Origin: a virus
Virus record (IMG/VR): IMGVR_UViG_3300049595_004693
Coordinates: 1 to 64,000 of that record
Length of the DNA stretch: 64,000 nucleotides
Reading direction: 5' to 3' (one strand)
Shown: piece after piece, positions 1 through 10,302 of the stretch
Layout: each line of letters begins with the position of its first letter
Numbering within the stretch: position 1 is the first letter of the stretch
The notes under the pieces: model-generated
Database searches by the model: none
Told to the model about the DNA's origin: nothing
What the model saw: only the letters and a program-made list of their open reading frames with translations
Made by a program: the position numbers and the translations under genes

Positions 1-1347
1 TCTACTTTTAGTCAATTTCTATTTGATGGTACGGCAAAAATACTTTCTCCTGATTCTGCCGCAGTGCTTAATAACCAAATCTATGTTTGGACCAACCAAG
101 GTATTTCTCGTATTGGTGAGGCTGGAGTAGATACTGCTTCACGTGTTATCGAAAATACCATTAATGGAATTACTATTATTCCTGGCTACGAACAAAAATC
201 ATTTGGTGTGGCTTACGAACTAGATAGAGCCTATCTACTTTGGACTATTAGTAAATCGGCAGATACCACCGCCACACAATGTTATCGCTATAATTTTTTT
301 ACTAATACATGGACTAGATGGCCAATTGCTAAAAGTTCTGGTATAGTGACCGAATTTGATAATAAACTTTATGTTGGAGCCGGTGATACTAATAGAGTTG
401 AACAAGAGCGTAAATCGTTTAGTAGAACTGATTATTCTGATCGCTCCTATATTTTACAATTACCATTTAATTCTGTTTTAAATAACGTAATTTCTCTTCC
501 TACTATAGAAAATATTCAAGTACATGACGTTATTGCTCAAAAACAATATCTTACAATAGTAGAATTTAATCGTCTTCTTAAAACTATCGACTTAGACAGT
601 GCTATCGTAACGGCTTTAGATAATAATTATTTTTCAACGTTAGCCGCTTCTAGCGGTGTAGATATGGCGGCTGCTGTGCAGGCTGTAGCAGCAAAACTAG
701 ATGTTGATCTAGGAACGTCGTTTGCTTCTATACCTGCGATAATATCTATGGTAAATACTAATCCACTATCTCTTCAAGTAGGATATAATGCTTTAGTTAA
801 TGCAATGAATGCTTCCTTTGAACTTTCATTTGGAAACTATCCATTAGTAAATGATACTACTATGTATGAATCTTTAGTTCTTTCCGTAGATTCAAATCAA
901 CGTAAAGTTACAGTAGAATATAATACTCCATTTATTACCGGAGAATTAACATTATATAAGCATTATTCTGCAGAATTAGCTTGGGATCCTCATTATATGG
1001 GTGATCCATCGCAAGGTAAACATATTAGAGAAGCTAAACTTATTTTTGAAACTACTGCTTTTAGAGATGCTCGTGTAGCTTATGCCACCGATATACTTCC
1101 TTCATTTCAAGAAATAGAATTTATGGGTAGTGGTGGCGGTACTTTTGGAAATAGTGATTACGGAGATATCTATTTTGGAGGAGGTGGGTACTCTGCTCCA
1201 ATTAGAACCTACATACCACAACAAAAACAACGATGTCGTTTTATTCGTTGTAGATTTGGACACGATAACGCAAGAGAAAAATTTTCGCTATACGGAATGG
1301 TGCTAGTAGGAGAAAGTTTTGCTGTTCAAGATAGAGCGTATCGTTAA
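1..1347 (+). CDS. Tail tubular/nozzle (gp10/gp12-like) protein, C-terminal part; 5' truncated
   Basis: Frame is open from base 1; beta-rich sequence; lies directly before the ejection-protein-like genes, as in podoviruses. Confidence 0.55.
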   Translation, partial: STFSQFLFDGTAKILSPDSAAVLNNQIYVWTNQGISRIGEAGVDTASRVIENTINGITIIPGYEQKSFGVAYELDRAYLLWTISKSADTTATQCYRYNFFTNTWTRWPIAKSSGIVTEFDNKLYVGAGDTNRVEQERKSFSRTDYSDRSYILQLPFNSVLNNVISLPTIENIQVHDVIAQKQYLTIVEFNRLLKTIDLDSAIVTALDNNYFSTLAASSGVDMAAAVQAVAAKLDVDLGTSFASIPAIISMVNTNPLSLQVGYNALVNAMNASFELSFGNYPLVNDTTMYESLVLSVDSNQRKVTVEYNTPFITGELTLYKHYSAELAWDPHYMGDPSQGKHIREAKLIFETTAFRDARVAYATDILPSFQEIEFMGSGGGTFGNSDYGDIYFGGGGYSAPIRTYIPQQKQRCRFIRCRFGHDNAREKFSLYGMVLVGESFAVQDRAYR

Positions 1348-1760
1348 TGGCCAAGCTAAACAACCTAAAAAGATTGGTCAAAGAGGACTTTGCGCAGGAA
1401 GATCAAAACTTTGTGCAGAGATTCTCATCCCTATACAATCCTCTTTTAGATCAACTGCAAATTCTTCTGGATAAGAACGTCACCTTTGATAACTTAAATG
1501 AAGATAAAAAGATACTAACAGTAGTGGTTAACTCTCAAGGCGCGCCACTCAACACACAAGCATTCAGATCTACGCTTAAAAGTAAATGCATTGGAATTCA
1601 ATGTATTAGGGCAGTCAATCTTAATATTCTGACACAGTATGTTACCGGAACCCCTCATGTGTCCTTCTCGGAAAACCAAGGACTATTAACTATTCTTAAT
1701 ATTACCAATCTGTTACCTAACGTGCCGTACGAGCTAACGCTAATTTATAAAGGGAATTAA
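1347..1760 (+). CDS. Hypothetical virion-associated protein
   Basis: TAATG coupling to the upstream gene; structural module context. Confidence 0.6.
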   Translation: MAKLNNLKRLVKEDFAQEDQNFVQRFSSLYNPLLDQLQILLDKNVTFDNLNEDKKILTVVVNSQGAPLNTQAFRSTLKSKCIGIQCIRAVNLNILTQYVTGTPHVSFSENQGLLTILNITNLLPNVPYELTLIYKGN

Positions 1761-1767
1761 CAAGTTA
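1758..1767 (+). promoter_or_regulatory. TAACAAGTTA putative late promoter element
   Basis: Exact 10-mer, one of 8 copies upstream of + strand genes. Confidence 0.7.
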
Positions 1768-1776
1768 TAATAGAGT

Positions 1777-3531
1777 ATGCTCCCTCAAAATCCGCAAGAT
1801 CCGAATAAACCGAATCAGCCTACTACCGGAGCACAGCAGCCTGCTCAGGCACCTGCAGCATCTTCTGGACGTTTTACAAATCTTCAAAAGTATATGAGGG
1901 CCAACGCCCCTGGCGAGTTGGCTGGAAAAGTGAGTGGACGGATTGAGCAGAGTGCTCAACAAGCGGGTCAAAAGATCAACGAAGCCGCGCAAGCGTTTCA
2001 ACAAGCTGCTCAACAAAATCGATTGGCTACGGGTCAAAATAAACAATTTGCCCAGCAGCAAATTCAACAAGCAGGACAAGGAGAAGTCTCAGAACAAGAT
2101 GCTCAGAAATTTCAGGGCATCGCTTCAGGAGGCTATCGTGGTCCTAGCGGTCTTCAGAATGCTCAAAGCCTTGCTGCGCGTGCTCAAAGTGCTGAGTCCC
2201 TTGGTAGGGCTACTGCTACGGAGGGTGGTCGCCAGGCGGTCCTCGGACAACTCTTCGGACGTTCCTCCTACGGAGCCGGACAACAAAAGCTAGACACTCT
2301 TCTTTTAGGTGCTGAGGGAGGTCTTCAGCAGTTACGTCAAGCACGTGCTAGAGCACAGGGTCTTTCTGATCGCGCGACGCAAGAAGCTCAGAAGGCTGAA
2401 CAGCTTGGACAAGCCTATCGCACTGAGGACGAGGGTTTCCGTCAAAAGGTGCAAGAGGATCTTACCGGATCCGCACGATCGTTAGATACTTCCGTCGCTG
2501 AACGAGTAAGAGCCTTGAATGAATCCGCTCCACAAGAGCTTGCTGCAGCTCAGGCAGAGCTTAAGGCGTTCCAAGAATCCGGCGCGCCTATTTCTCAAAA
2601 GACCGCAGACTTATTTGGTCTGTCAGAAGGGACTTCCACGTACGGAGCTGACCTGGCTGGTCTTGTTCGTCAAGGACAACAGGCCACTAAGACTACTGCG
2701 GCCACGGCGGAAGAGGCCCGCAGAGCGCAGGCTCTCGCCAAGCTTGGTGGAAATGTCGTAAATCTTCAGGATCTCAGCGGCACTTACGATCCCACTAAGG
2801 CGGCTTCATATAGAGCCATCGAAGCTGATACGGCTGGTCTTGATCCCTTACTGCAAGATGCACAGTCACAATATCAGCGCGATGCAGAAAAGCGTCGTAG
2901 CGAACTTTTAGGATGGACAGGCACATTCGGAGGTCATGTAGCTTTGCAGGCCGCCAAAGAGCAAAAGGCTAAGGATGCGCTCTTATCTAACTATAATGCA
3001 GCTATTGCCGAAGGCAAAACTCCAGAAGAAGCGGAAGCTATCGCTAATAAAAAATATTCTGAGAATATTTCAAATCTGGCGTGGATTGGTCAGAAACAAC
3101 TTCGAGACGAAACTATTACGGATCGTTCCGGAAGCGTAATTAATCCATTTGCGTATAATGAGCAGATGAATCAGTACGGCCTTTCCGGAGGACTCAACTA
3201 TGGTGGTTGGGAAGGGGAGTATGCTCAGGGAGCAATTCGCGGCATTCTGTCCAACCTTGCTCGTGGAGATGAAGACACGGTACTGGGAGCCGAGAATCTA
3301 GAAGATATATATGCTAGAGAATCTAGACCGAGAGAGTTAGAAAAGCAGTGGCGTGAATCTCAAGTCGGAAAGTCTCTAGCTGATCGAGAAGGCTTCTGGC
3401 AATTTGCCAATAAAAAAGCACAAGAACTTCAAAGCCGCAAACAGGCGGCCTACGATAAGTGGGACACTTCTCGTCAACGTAAAGTGACCATCGGTCCCGC
3501 AATTCAAAATATTATTTCCGGAGGACAGTAA
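1777..3531 (+). CDS. Internal virion/ejection protein
   Basis: Gln/Ala/Gly-rich, helical-looking, no Cys; follows the tail genes. Confidence 0.55.
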   Translation: MLPQNPQDPNKPNQPTTGAQQPAQAPAASSGRFTNLQKYMRANAPGELAGKVSGRIEQSAQQAGQKINEAAQAFQQAAQQNRLATGQNKQFAQQQIQQAGQGEVSEQDAQKFQGIASGGYRGPSGLQNAQSLAARAQSAESLGRATATEGGRQAVLGQLFGRSSYGAGQQKLDTLLLGAEGGLQQLRQARARAQGLSDRATQEAQKAEQLGQAYRTEDEGFRQKVQEDLTGSARSLDTSVAERVRALNESAPQELAAAQAELKAFQESGAPISQKTADLFGLSEGTSTYGADLAGLVRQGQQATKTTAATAEEARRAQALAKLGGNVVNLQDLSGTYDPTKAASYRAIEADTAGLDPLLQDAQSQYQRDAEKRRSELLGWTGTFGGHVALQAAKEQKAKDALLSNYNAAIAEGKTPEEAEAIANKKYSENISNLAWIGQKQLRDETITDRSGSVINPFAYNEQMNQYGLSGGLNYGGWEGEYAQGAIRGILSNLARGDEDTVLGAENLEDIYARESRPRELEKQWRESQVGKSLADREGFWQFANKKAQELQSRKQAAYDKWDTSRQRKVTIGPAIQNIISGGQ

Positions 3532-4535
3532 TGGCTATTCCACTTTTAGGCGCCGCTCTACCAATCGTCGGTGATCTTCTCGGAGGACTATTTGGTTCTA
3601 GTAAAGAGAAAGAAGCGGCAAAGAAGCAGCAACAAGCGTTGCAACAAATTATGGGGCTTTCGGCTCCAGAGCTTCGCGATCTTCAGCTTGAAATGCAAGC
3701 GGAAGCTGGTAGACTTAGTCCTGAAGCCGAGAGCGTAGTTACTCTTGGACCATCTCGTATGGAGCAAGTGTCAGCCGATGCCGCTCTAAAAGCTCAACAA
3801 ATGAAAGCTCTCTCTTCTTTGTCGGAAATGGGCAAAGCTGGTATGACCGCTGAAGAACGAGGCGAACTCAACAAAATGCGCCTTATGGCGGCTCGTGATC
3901 AGAAGGCTCGCCAAGATGCTATTCTACAAAGCCGTCAAGCTCGCGGCATGGCGGGATCTGGGGACGAACTTGCAGCTCAACTTCTGGCCTCTCAAGCCGG
4001 TGCTGAGCTAGCATCGCAAGAAGGTGATCGCTTGGCTGCTCAGGCTCAAAATAGAGCGCTTCAAGCCATTGCTCAATCTGGCAGTCTTGCTGGATCTCTT
4101 CGTAGTCAGGATGTTGGTGAGCAATCTGATGTGGCAAGAGCGGCAGACGCCATTGCTCAATTTAATGCTGCTAATCAGCAATCTGTAGGTAGTCGAAATG
4201 TTGGTGCTAGAAACATAGCACAACAAGCTAACCTTCAGAATCTTCAGAATATCATGAATCAAAATGTTGCTGCTAGAAACAAACAGCAAGAGATTAATCG
4301 TATTGAATTAGCACAAAAAAGATTTGAAAATGAAAAAGAGCTTGCTGCCATGAAGGCCGCTGCGCTTGGCGGCGCCGCTGGACAAGATAAGGAAAGCGCA
4401 AAATCTACTCGTGAGTCTTGGTCTAGTATTGGTAAAGGTGTTGGTGGAGTTATTGGCGCTTTAAATTTAGGTGGAGGATCCTCTCCTATAGGTAGTGGTC
4501 GTGGTAAATCTGGATATGGGGGCTCATTAGCATAA
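3531..4535 (+). CDS. DNA pilot/ejection protein
   Basis: Gly-rich hydrophobic N-terminus (MAIPLLGAALPIVGDLLGGLFG), Q/A-rich coiled coil, Gly-rich C-terminus. Confidence 0.6.
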   Translation: MAIPLLGAALPIVGDLLGGLFGSSKEKEAAKKQQQALQQIMGLSAPELRDLQLEMQAEAGRLSPEAESVVTLGPSRMEQVSADAALKAQQMKALSSLSEMGKAGMTAEERGELNKMRLMAARDQKARQDAILQSRQARGMAGSGDELAAQLLASQAGAELASQEGDRLAAQAQNRALQAIAQSGSLAGSLRSQDVGEQSDVARAADAIAQFNAANQQSVGSRNVGARNIAQQANLQNLQNIMNQNVAARNKQQEINRIELAQKRFENEKELAAMKAAALGGAAGQDKESAKSTRESWSSIGKGVGGVIGALNLGGGSSPIGSGRGKSGYGGSLA

Positions 4536-4541
4536 TAACTT

Positions 4542-5945
4542 ATGGACAATCGCAGGCTAATCGGACTTTATCAGCAATTAATGAACTCTGAGGCATCGGC
4601 CTCTTCTCCTATTGAAGATGTGGACTATAACTCACTACCCTCAGAATCTCCTCAATCTACTATAGACGCTTCAGAGGACCCTAGCTTATTTTCTAAAATT
4701 TCTGCCGCTACAAAAAAACAACAAGAATTAGATAATATGAGGGCGCCAAATCAGCCTTCTATTACTCCTCGTATCAATGCCATTCCTCAGTCTTTGCCTC
4801 CTTTAGAACAAGAAATTGCTCCTCAAGACAAGCCACTATCCGCTCCGCTATTTCAAGCTACTTTAGATCCATATGGTGCTGAACTTAATGATGATGCTCT
4901 TAAACAGGCTTATGCTGATAAGCGTAGAGGCGATCAATACGCTGCTATGCTCAAAGCTGGCTCCTTGATTGGGTCAGGCATTTCTGGTGCCGTGTCTGGT
5001 GGCAAAGGACCCTCCTCTGACGTAGACACTTCAGCCATTGAAAAACTAGCTGCCAGTAAACTTGAAGAAATTCAAGGACGTAGAGTTGGTAAAAAAGATG
5101 AGATCAGTTTTGACAAAGCTCGTACTGAGCTTGGAGATACTAATGCTCTTTCTGATCCTAGTAGCAGCATTTCTAAGCTTACAGGAAAAATGTTAAAAAA
5201 CCTAGGTTTAAATATTCCAGAAGGAATAAGCGCAGCTCAACTTAAAGCTAGTGGCATTGATGTTGATCGCATGATGAATGCTAGGGAGATGGCGGAGCAG
5301 CGTAAAGAAGCTTCTAGGATATCAAGAGAAGAGCGTGCTCTTAGTCGCGAGGGACTGATACAACAAAGAAATATTCAAAACATTGAAAAACTTCAACAAA
5401 ACTATAATAAAGATAAAGTAGTTGCTACTGCCAACGAAGGTATCTCTGCAGCTAATATGGCGGAAAGTTTGTTAGATTCCGACACTCCAATTGCAGATGC
5501 AGCTATTAAGCGTCAACTAGCTAGATTGGCTGGTGAGGTTGGTGTAATGACCGATCAGGACGTAGCATCGTTCGGGGGATCTCAAGCCGTTAAGGATCGC
5601 CTGGCTCAGAGTGTAAAAACGATGTCTGATGGTAAGCTGACCAAAGCCAATAAAGAATTTATGCGACAAGTTATTTCTGTTATGCGTAAACGTAGAGAAG
5701 ATCAATTGAAAGATAGAGCTGAATTTTATTCAAAACAGGGATCTAAACGCTTAGGTATTTCACTAGAAGAGGCTATGGATAATATACTTCCAGGACACGA
5801 CACTATGATAGATAAGCAAAAACAAAGTCCGCCTAGTTCTTCTGGTATGGTTAAGGTTAAAGAAATAGCAACAGGAAAGACAGGAAGTATTCCTGCTGAT
5901 AAATTAGAAAAAGCTTTAAATTCTGGAAAATTTGAGCGGATTTAA
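4542..5945 (+). CDS. Putative ejection protein
   Basis: 467-aa helical/low-complexity ORF in the ejectosome block. Confidence 0.5.
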   Translation: MDNRRLIGLYQQLMNSEASASSPIEDVDYNSLPSESPQSTIDASEDPSLFSKISAATKKQQELDNMRAPNQPSITPRINAIPQSLPPLEQEIAPQDKPLSAPLFQATLDPYGAELNDDALKQAYADKRRGDQYAAMLKAGSLIGSGISGAVSGGKGPSSDVDTSAIEKLAASKLEEIQGRRVGKKDEISFDKARTELGDTNALSDPSSSISKLTGKMLKNLGLNIPEGISAAQLKASGIDVDRMMNAREMAEQRKEASRISREERALSREGLIQQRNIQNIEKLQQNYNKDKVVATANEGISAANMAESLLDSDTPIADAAIKRQLARLAGEVGVMTDQDVASFGGSQAVKDRLAQSVKTMSDGKLTKANKEFMRQVISVMRKRREDQLKDRAEFYSKQGSKRLGISLEEAMDNILPGHDTMIDKQKQSPPSSSGMVKVKEIATGKTGSIPADKLEKALNSGKFERI

Positions 5946-5947
5946 TC

Positions 5948-8056
5948 ATGGTAGATGATAATTTTGGATTTACTCCTGACGAAGATTTAGGCTTTTTAGC
6001 TGATGAGCCAGAAAATCTTAATGTCGATAAATTAAAAGCAGGATTAGCTGGAGCAGCTCAAGGGGCTTCTCTAGGTTTTGTAGACGAGATGGCTGGCGGG
6101 CTTGGTGCCTTATCATATAAACTCGGCGAGCTACTTGGACCAAAGAAAATTGAAGCTACTGAATCGTTGGCTCAGCGTCGTCCAGAGGTCGCGCAAAGAT
6201 TGGAGCAAATCCAATCTAATGTTCCAACATTAGGTGAATCATACAGAGAAGCACGCGACGCTTCTAGAGGCGAGTTTGAAGCTCTTAGAGAAGCTAGTCC
6301 GGGCACGTTTATGCTTGGGGAGATTGCTGGCGGAGTTGCTAACCCTCTGTTGGCTGCGAAGGCGGGGAGCAAAGTCGGCAGCGAAGCTATTAAAACTCTC
6401 GCTAAGCAGGGCGCTAAATTAGGTGCTGTCGGAGCTTTAGGTGTTAGTGAATCCGACCTCACCAAAGGCGACATTACCGGAGCTGCAATGGATGTTGGCA
6501 CTGGAGCTGTTATCGGCTCAATTGCTGGCGGAACTGCTGGAGCACTCGGAGAAAAGCTCAAGCAATATAAAAAGTTTAGAGAATTTGCTAGATCATTTCA
6601 ATTAGGCAAAGAAGGTCAAGGGATTAGTTCCGATGCGGACCAAAGAATAATCTCCGGTCGTGTAGAGGAACAGGCTCAGAAACTGGCTGACTTTATCCAA
6701 GAGCAGATGGGAGCAGCCGGTAAGGCTAAAAAAGCTGCGCTTAAGGGAAAAACTGTAGATCTTACGGACGTTCTCCAGCAAGCTGATGAAAGTTTGGATG
6801 AACTGGGTAGATCTGTTGGAGCCACTGTAGATGAGCTTAAGCGTGCCCGAGAAATCATTCAGCAACAACTCTACTCTCAAGCACCTAAAAAGGTTAAAGA
6901 CAAGTTTCAAGAAATCGTAACTAAACGAATTACAGAAGATCCTGAAACTGGTGAGCTGGTAGGAAAAACTTCTCGCGTACTGAAGGGTAAGGGAGTCGAT
7001 GCTGAGGAACTCCCTGAACTTGTCCCTACTGACATGGATCCTAAGTCTGCTATCTTCCGTACCGGCGAAAAAAGTACCATCGAACAAACTACTCGTGCAG
7101 TAGATGATGAGATTCCAGGAATCCTTCGTGGCGCTGTTCCTGCTGAAGAGGCCGCGCAAGGTGTCCAGGGACTGCAGCGGGCTGCGTTTGGACGCAAGCT
7201 CGACGATCCCCGAGTTTCTCAAATTCTTAAAGGCGTAGCCGCCAAGGCATCCGACGTTGTCGAAGACCTGGCCCCAGAACAAATTGGACCCGCCAATAAA
7301 ATCATGACTGCGGGCTTCGATCTTTTAGAGCAGGTGGGCGAGCCCGAGCTTATTCGTAGTCTTGGAAAAAAACAAGCTTCTAAAGAAACTATTAATTTTG
7401 TAAGACAGCTTCAGGACACTCTAAGCCCTGAAGGTGGTCAACGCGCTCGCACAGTAATCGAACTTTTACAAAAGATGAATCCTGAGAAGGCTCAGAAGAT
7501 CTTCGGCGATCTTATGCGAGCCTCAGAAGATTTTGCTCTTACCAAGGCCGCGGGCTCAGGTGAGCAAATTTCTACCTTAGCGCAATTCACCGGATCTATT
7601 CGCGACTTGGCTCTTAAAGGAGCTAATTTAGCTGGACAAGCTTCTGGCGCTGTAGGTAGAGGGGCGGAACGTACAGGTGTGCCACAAGGTGCACAAGCCG
7701 CTAGATCCGTTATCGAATCTATCTCCCCTACTATCGCCAAGAACTTAGGCATCACTACGCGTGGTGCGGTGGGTCGTGCCCTAGTATCTTCTGTCCTAGG
7801 TAGCCGAGAAGATAATAAAGCGCAAGCAGAGTATCAAAAGCGTTTTGCTAGTCCCGCAACACCCGACGCTCTAAAAATGAGCAACTCTGATTTACAAGCT
7901 ATACAAGTCCGCGCATCTCAGATGGGTGACGAGAGCGCACAAAGATTTTCTCAAGAACTAGAGTCTGCCATGAATGCTCCAGCTTCTCTTCGCAGAAGCA
8001 AGCTTTTCATGATGTCACAAAACCCTCAATATAGAAAGTATTTTTCTGGTAAATAG
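5948..8056 (+). CDS. Large ejection/DNA-transfer protein
   Basis: GAAQGASLGFVDE and GEIAGG Gly/Ala-rich segments typical of podovirus internal virion proteins. Confidence 0.55.
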   Translation: MVDDNFGFTPDEDLGFLADEPENLNVDKLKAGLAGAAQGASLGFVDEMAGGLGALSYKLGELLGPKKIEATESLAQRRPEVAQRLEQIQSNVPTLGESYREARDASRGEFEALREASPGTFMLGEIAGGVANPLLAAKAGSKVGSEAIKTLAKQGAKLGAVGALGVSESDLTKGDITGAAMDVGTGAVIGSIAGGTAGALGEKLKQYKKFREFARSFQLGKEGQGISSDADQRIISGRVEEQAQKLADFIQEQMGAAGKAKKAALKGKTVDLTDVLQQADESLDELGRSVGATVDELKRAREIIQQQLYSQAPKKVKDKFQEIVTKRITEDPETGELVGKTSRVLKGKGVDAEELPELVPTDMDPKSAIFRTGEKSTIEQTTRAVDDEIPGILRGAVPAEEAAQGVQGLQRAAFGRKLDDPRVSQILKGVAAKASDVVEDLAPEQIGPANKIMTAGFDLLEQVGEPELIRSLGKKQASKETINFVRQLQDTLSPEGGQRARTVIELLQKMNPEKAQKIFGDLMRASEDFALTKAAGSGEQISTLAQFTGSIRDLALKGANLAGQASGAVGRGAERTGVPQGAQAARSVIESISPTIAKNLGITTRGAVGRALVSSVLGSREDNKAQAEYQKRFASPATPDALKMSNSDLQAIQVRASQMGDESAQRFSQELESAMNAPASLRRSKLFMMSQNPQYRKYFSGK

Positions 8057-8058
8057 CT

Positions 8059-8361
8059 ATGGCAGATGATACCAAGATAGCAGAAATGCACGAAGATATT
8101 AAGGAAATTAGAGGTGACGTTAAGGAGCTTATTGTGCGCCAAGCGGAGCACAACGTCATTTTAAAGCAGCACGAGCAGCGCTCCACTACTTTAGAAGCTC
8201 AAGTGTCTCTTAAAGAAAAAGAACTGTTCGAGCGGCTTAAGCCCATTGAGAAGCACGTCAACTTAGTTGACGCCACTTTTAAAATTTCGGGCATTTTATT
8301 TGGAGCAGCTAGCGGAGCTTATGTTATTCTTCAGATTCTTCGCTTTTTTTCTCTGCTCTAA
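8059..8361 (+). CDS. Coiled-coil protein with C-terminal TM helix (possible holin-type)
   Basis: Heptad region followed by a hydrophobic C-terminal segment; last late gene before the strand switch. Confidence 0.45.
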   Translation: MADDTKIAEMHEDIKEIRGDVKELIVRQAEHNVILKQHEQRSTTLEAQVSLKEKELFERLKPIEKHVNLVDATFKISGILFGAASGAYVILQILRFFSLL

Positions 8362-8776
8362 AATCGATTAGCTCAATCATAGCATCTTCTATTTCGTCCT
8401 TAGTAGCCTCGAACTTTCTCCACTTAGCCGCTACTTCTTGGGACTCTAATTTCTTATCTCCAACTCGCTCCGTCTTAATCCCACCCAGGCTATAAATACA
8501 ACGATTACTAGCGTTGTTTTTATTATAGATTTCCCTTTTAGCTTTCTTTGTTTTGTTTAGTTTCTTGCCGCTATGGGCGAAGTCCGCAAGAACTTCTTCA
8601 CGAACAAAAGAGGTGAGCCATTCCTTTTCTTTATCAGAGAGCTTGGACACATAGTCCATGTCTAGCTTCCATTTACGAGAGCCTAGCTTACCAAGCCCCT
8701 CCGCTGCTAGGCTTTCTTTCTTTCTTGGAGAAGCCCCACCTTTGCCTTTTTTTTGGCGCTGTGCCTTCTTGGCCAT
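8324..8776 (-). CDS. Basic hypothetical protein
   Basis: 150-aa ORF ending the - strand operon. Confidence 0.6.
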   Translation of the reverse strand: MAKKAQRQKKGKGGASPRKKESLAAEGLGKLGSRKWKLDMDYVSKLSDKEKEWLTSFVREEVLADFAHSGKKLNKTKKAKREIYNKNNASNRCIYSLGGIKTERVGDKKLESQEVAAKWRKFEATKDEIEDAMIELIDFRAEKKSEESEE

Positions 8777-9215
8777 AATATATTGTGTTACCTTTAAGGT
8801 GTAGTGTTCCCTCGCTAAGTCCTTTTAGGAAGGGGTTAAGTTCTAGGTTATAGATATTCCTAGTTTTTTGCCCCAACGCTCTACTCATCAATTTATAGAA
8901 GGTGAGGTCGATCATGGGGTTAGGAGTCCATAGACAATACATCTCATACACTACTTGGCGATGTACTTTATGGTTGCCTGCCTTGATGTCGCTAACGAGC
9001 AAGAAGCGTTCAGCTTCATTAAGTCCAGTATACTGCGTTACGTCCGTCTTGTCAACTTTTTGTACAGCGTATTGTAAAAGAACTTCTTCGTCAAGCTCAA
9101 AAGCTTGTCGCTTGCTCTCTCTGGCTATCTCTTGCTCTTTCTGACGACAGTGAATACACTTAGGTGTGTCATGTAAGTGTTGTTTATTACAAGAGATACA
9201 AATGGGCCTCGACAT
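8688..9215 (-). CDS. Hypothetical protein with N-terminal Zn finger
   Basis: CxxC...CxxC at the N-terminus; GAGG SD upstream. Confidence 0.6.
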   Translation of the reverse strand: MSRPICISCNKQHLHDTPKCIHCRQKEQEIARESKRQAFELDEEVLLQYAVQKVDKTDVTQYTGLNEAERFLLVSDIKAGNHKVHRQVVYEMYCLWTPNPMIDLTFYKLMSRALGQKTRNIYNLELNPFLKGLSEGTLHLKGNTIYYGQEGTAPKKRQRWGFSKKERKPSSGGAW

Positions 9216-9219
9216 AACC

Positions 9220-9738
9220 TCACGAGTTTTTTTCTATATGTTCGGCTAGAGCTTTGAGTTGAGCCGGGGTAAATGTGCCATCCAGCACGACTTCCTTACA
9301 CCCCTTATTCCAACTAATATAATTCTTTGTAGAATATACTTCGGTGTCTGTCACAGATGCTCCGCCTAGAGTTTCGCTAAGCGTTAATGTTCGCACAGTG
9401 GCCTTCATGTTTTCTGGGAATGGTGCGCCGTGTATGAAATATTCTCCTACGCCAGTCCTAGTGTAGTCTTTTAGACTAGAGGACAGGTCGTACTCTAGTG
9501 CGGCTATCTGCTCATCGGTAATATCGAACTGTGTTGCCCATCCCCACTTAAGAACCTTACAAGGACGAATGCCGCGCATGCTTTCGTAGCTAACTGGCCA
9601 AATGTACTCATGAAGCCCATCAGACTCCTGTATAACATAGTGGTTTTGCTTTACCTTATAATTGCCTGTAAATTTCAGCCTATCTGTCATAGCCTCGCGA
9701 AAATACGCTAGTGACGGACACAGTACAAAATAGGTCAT
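9220..9738 (-). CDS. Hypothetical protein
   Basis: Start moved to ATG 9738, one base after the TGA of the upstream small ORF. Confidence 0.55.
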   Translation of the reverse strand: MTYFVLCPSLAYFREAMTDRLKFTGNYKVKQNHYVIQESDGLHEYIWPVSYESMRGIRPCKVLKWGWATQFDITDEQIAALEYDLSSSLKDYTRTGVGEYFIHGAPFPENMKATVRTLTLSETLGGASVTDTEVYSTKNYISWNKGCKEVVLDGTFTPAQLKALAEHIEKNS

Positions 9739-9739
9739 A

Positions 9740-9919
9740 TCAGGCTCCGCTAAGAAGTCCAGTAAGAATCTTGTCAAACTTCTCAGGTCGGAGTTCTAAA
9801 AACTGTCTAGGAGTCATTCCGCCAAAGAACGGACTTTCCGTAGAAAACCACTTTTCAATCTTGTCATCTTCCCATTGAAGCTGACCTTTAATTTTAATCT
9901 TAGCGTATTCTTCTGTCAT
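9740..9919 (-). CDS. Small Xre/MbcA/ParS antitoxin C-terminal-domain-like protein (59 aa, absent from the ORF track)
   Basis: Translated by hand: MTEEYAKIKIKGQLQWEDDKIEKWFSTESPFFGGMTPRQFLELRPEKFDKILTGLLSGA; W-F-x6-FGG-x-TP-xx-FL pattern; ATGA overlap upstream. Confidence 0.55.
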   Translation of the reverse strand: MTEEYAKIKIKGQLQWEDDKIEKWFSTESPFFGGMTPRQFLELRPEKFDKILTGLLSGA

Positions 9920-10302
9920 TTAAGTGCTCTGTCCAGTCCAATAGCGATAGCGCCGGTTACGACAACTCCCGCTGTAAAATATAAAAACTTTTCCCAGTTG
10001 CTAGAGGTTACCGCAGCTTGAGTCTCCTTAGCGAGCTTGTCGTTCTGATCCCTAAGATTGGTGATGCGTTGCTCATATAAACCTTCGTTTTGTTTGTAGA
10101 TGTCTACGACCTTTACTTGACTCTCAAATAGAGCCTTGTAGGCGTCGCGCTCTTGGAGCCCTACTCGGGCCGCACGCTCTGAGTCATGGTCTAAAAGAAC
10201 TCCATCAAAGGGGGTGACATCTCCCTTCTTAAGAATTTTAGCATCAGCCATAGCGGCTGAGCTAAGCATTACTCCAGATAATACCAGGGATACCAACTTC
10301 AT
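9916..10302 (-). CDS. Exported coiled-coil protein with C-terminal TM (spanin-like candidate)
   Basis: Signal peptide ending AMA, coiled coil, C-terminal hydrophobic helix. Confidence 0.45.
   Translation of the reverse strand: MKLVSLVLSGVMLSSAAMADAKILKKGDVTPFDGVLLDHDSERAARVGLQERDAYKALFESQVKVVDIYKQNEGLYEQRITNLRDQNDKLAKETQAAVTSSNWEKFLYFTAGVVVTGAIAIGLDRALK

Noticed and set aside
1765-7755. Many antisense or alternate-frame ORFs in the track (also over polA, nrdJ and the late genes)
   Set aside because: Shadow ORFs of long real genes; no motifs or RBS
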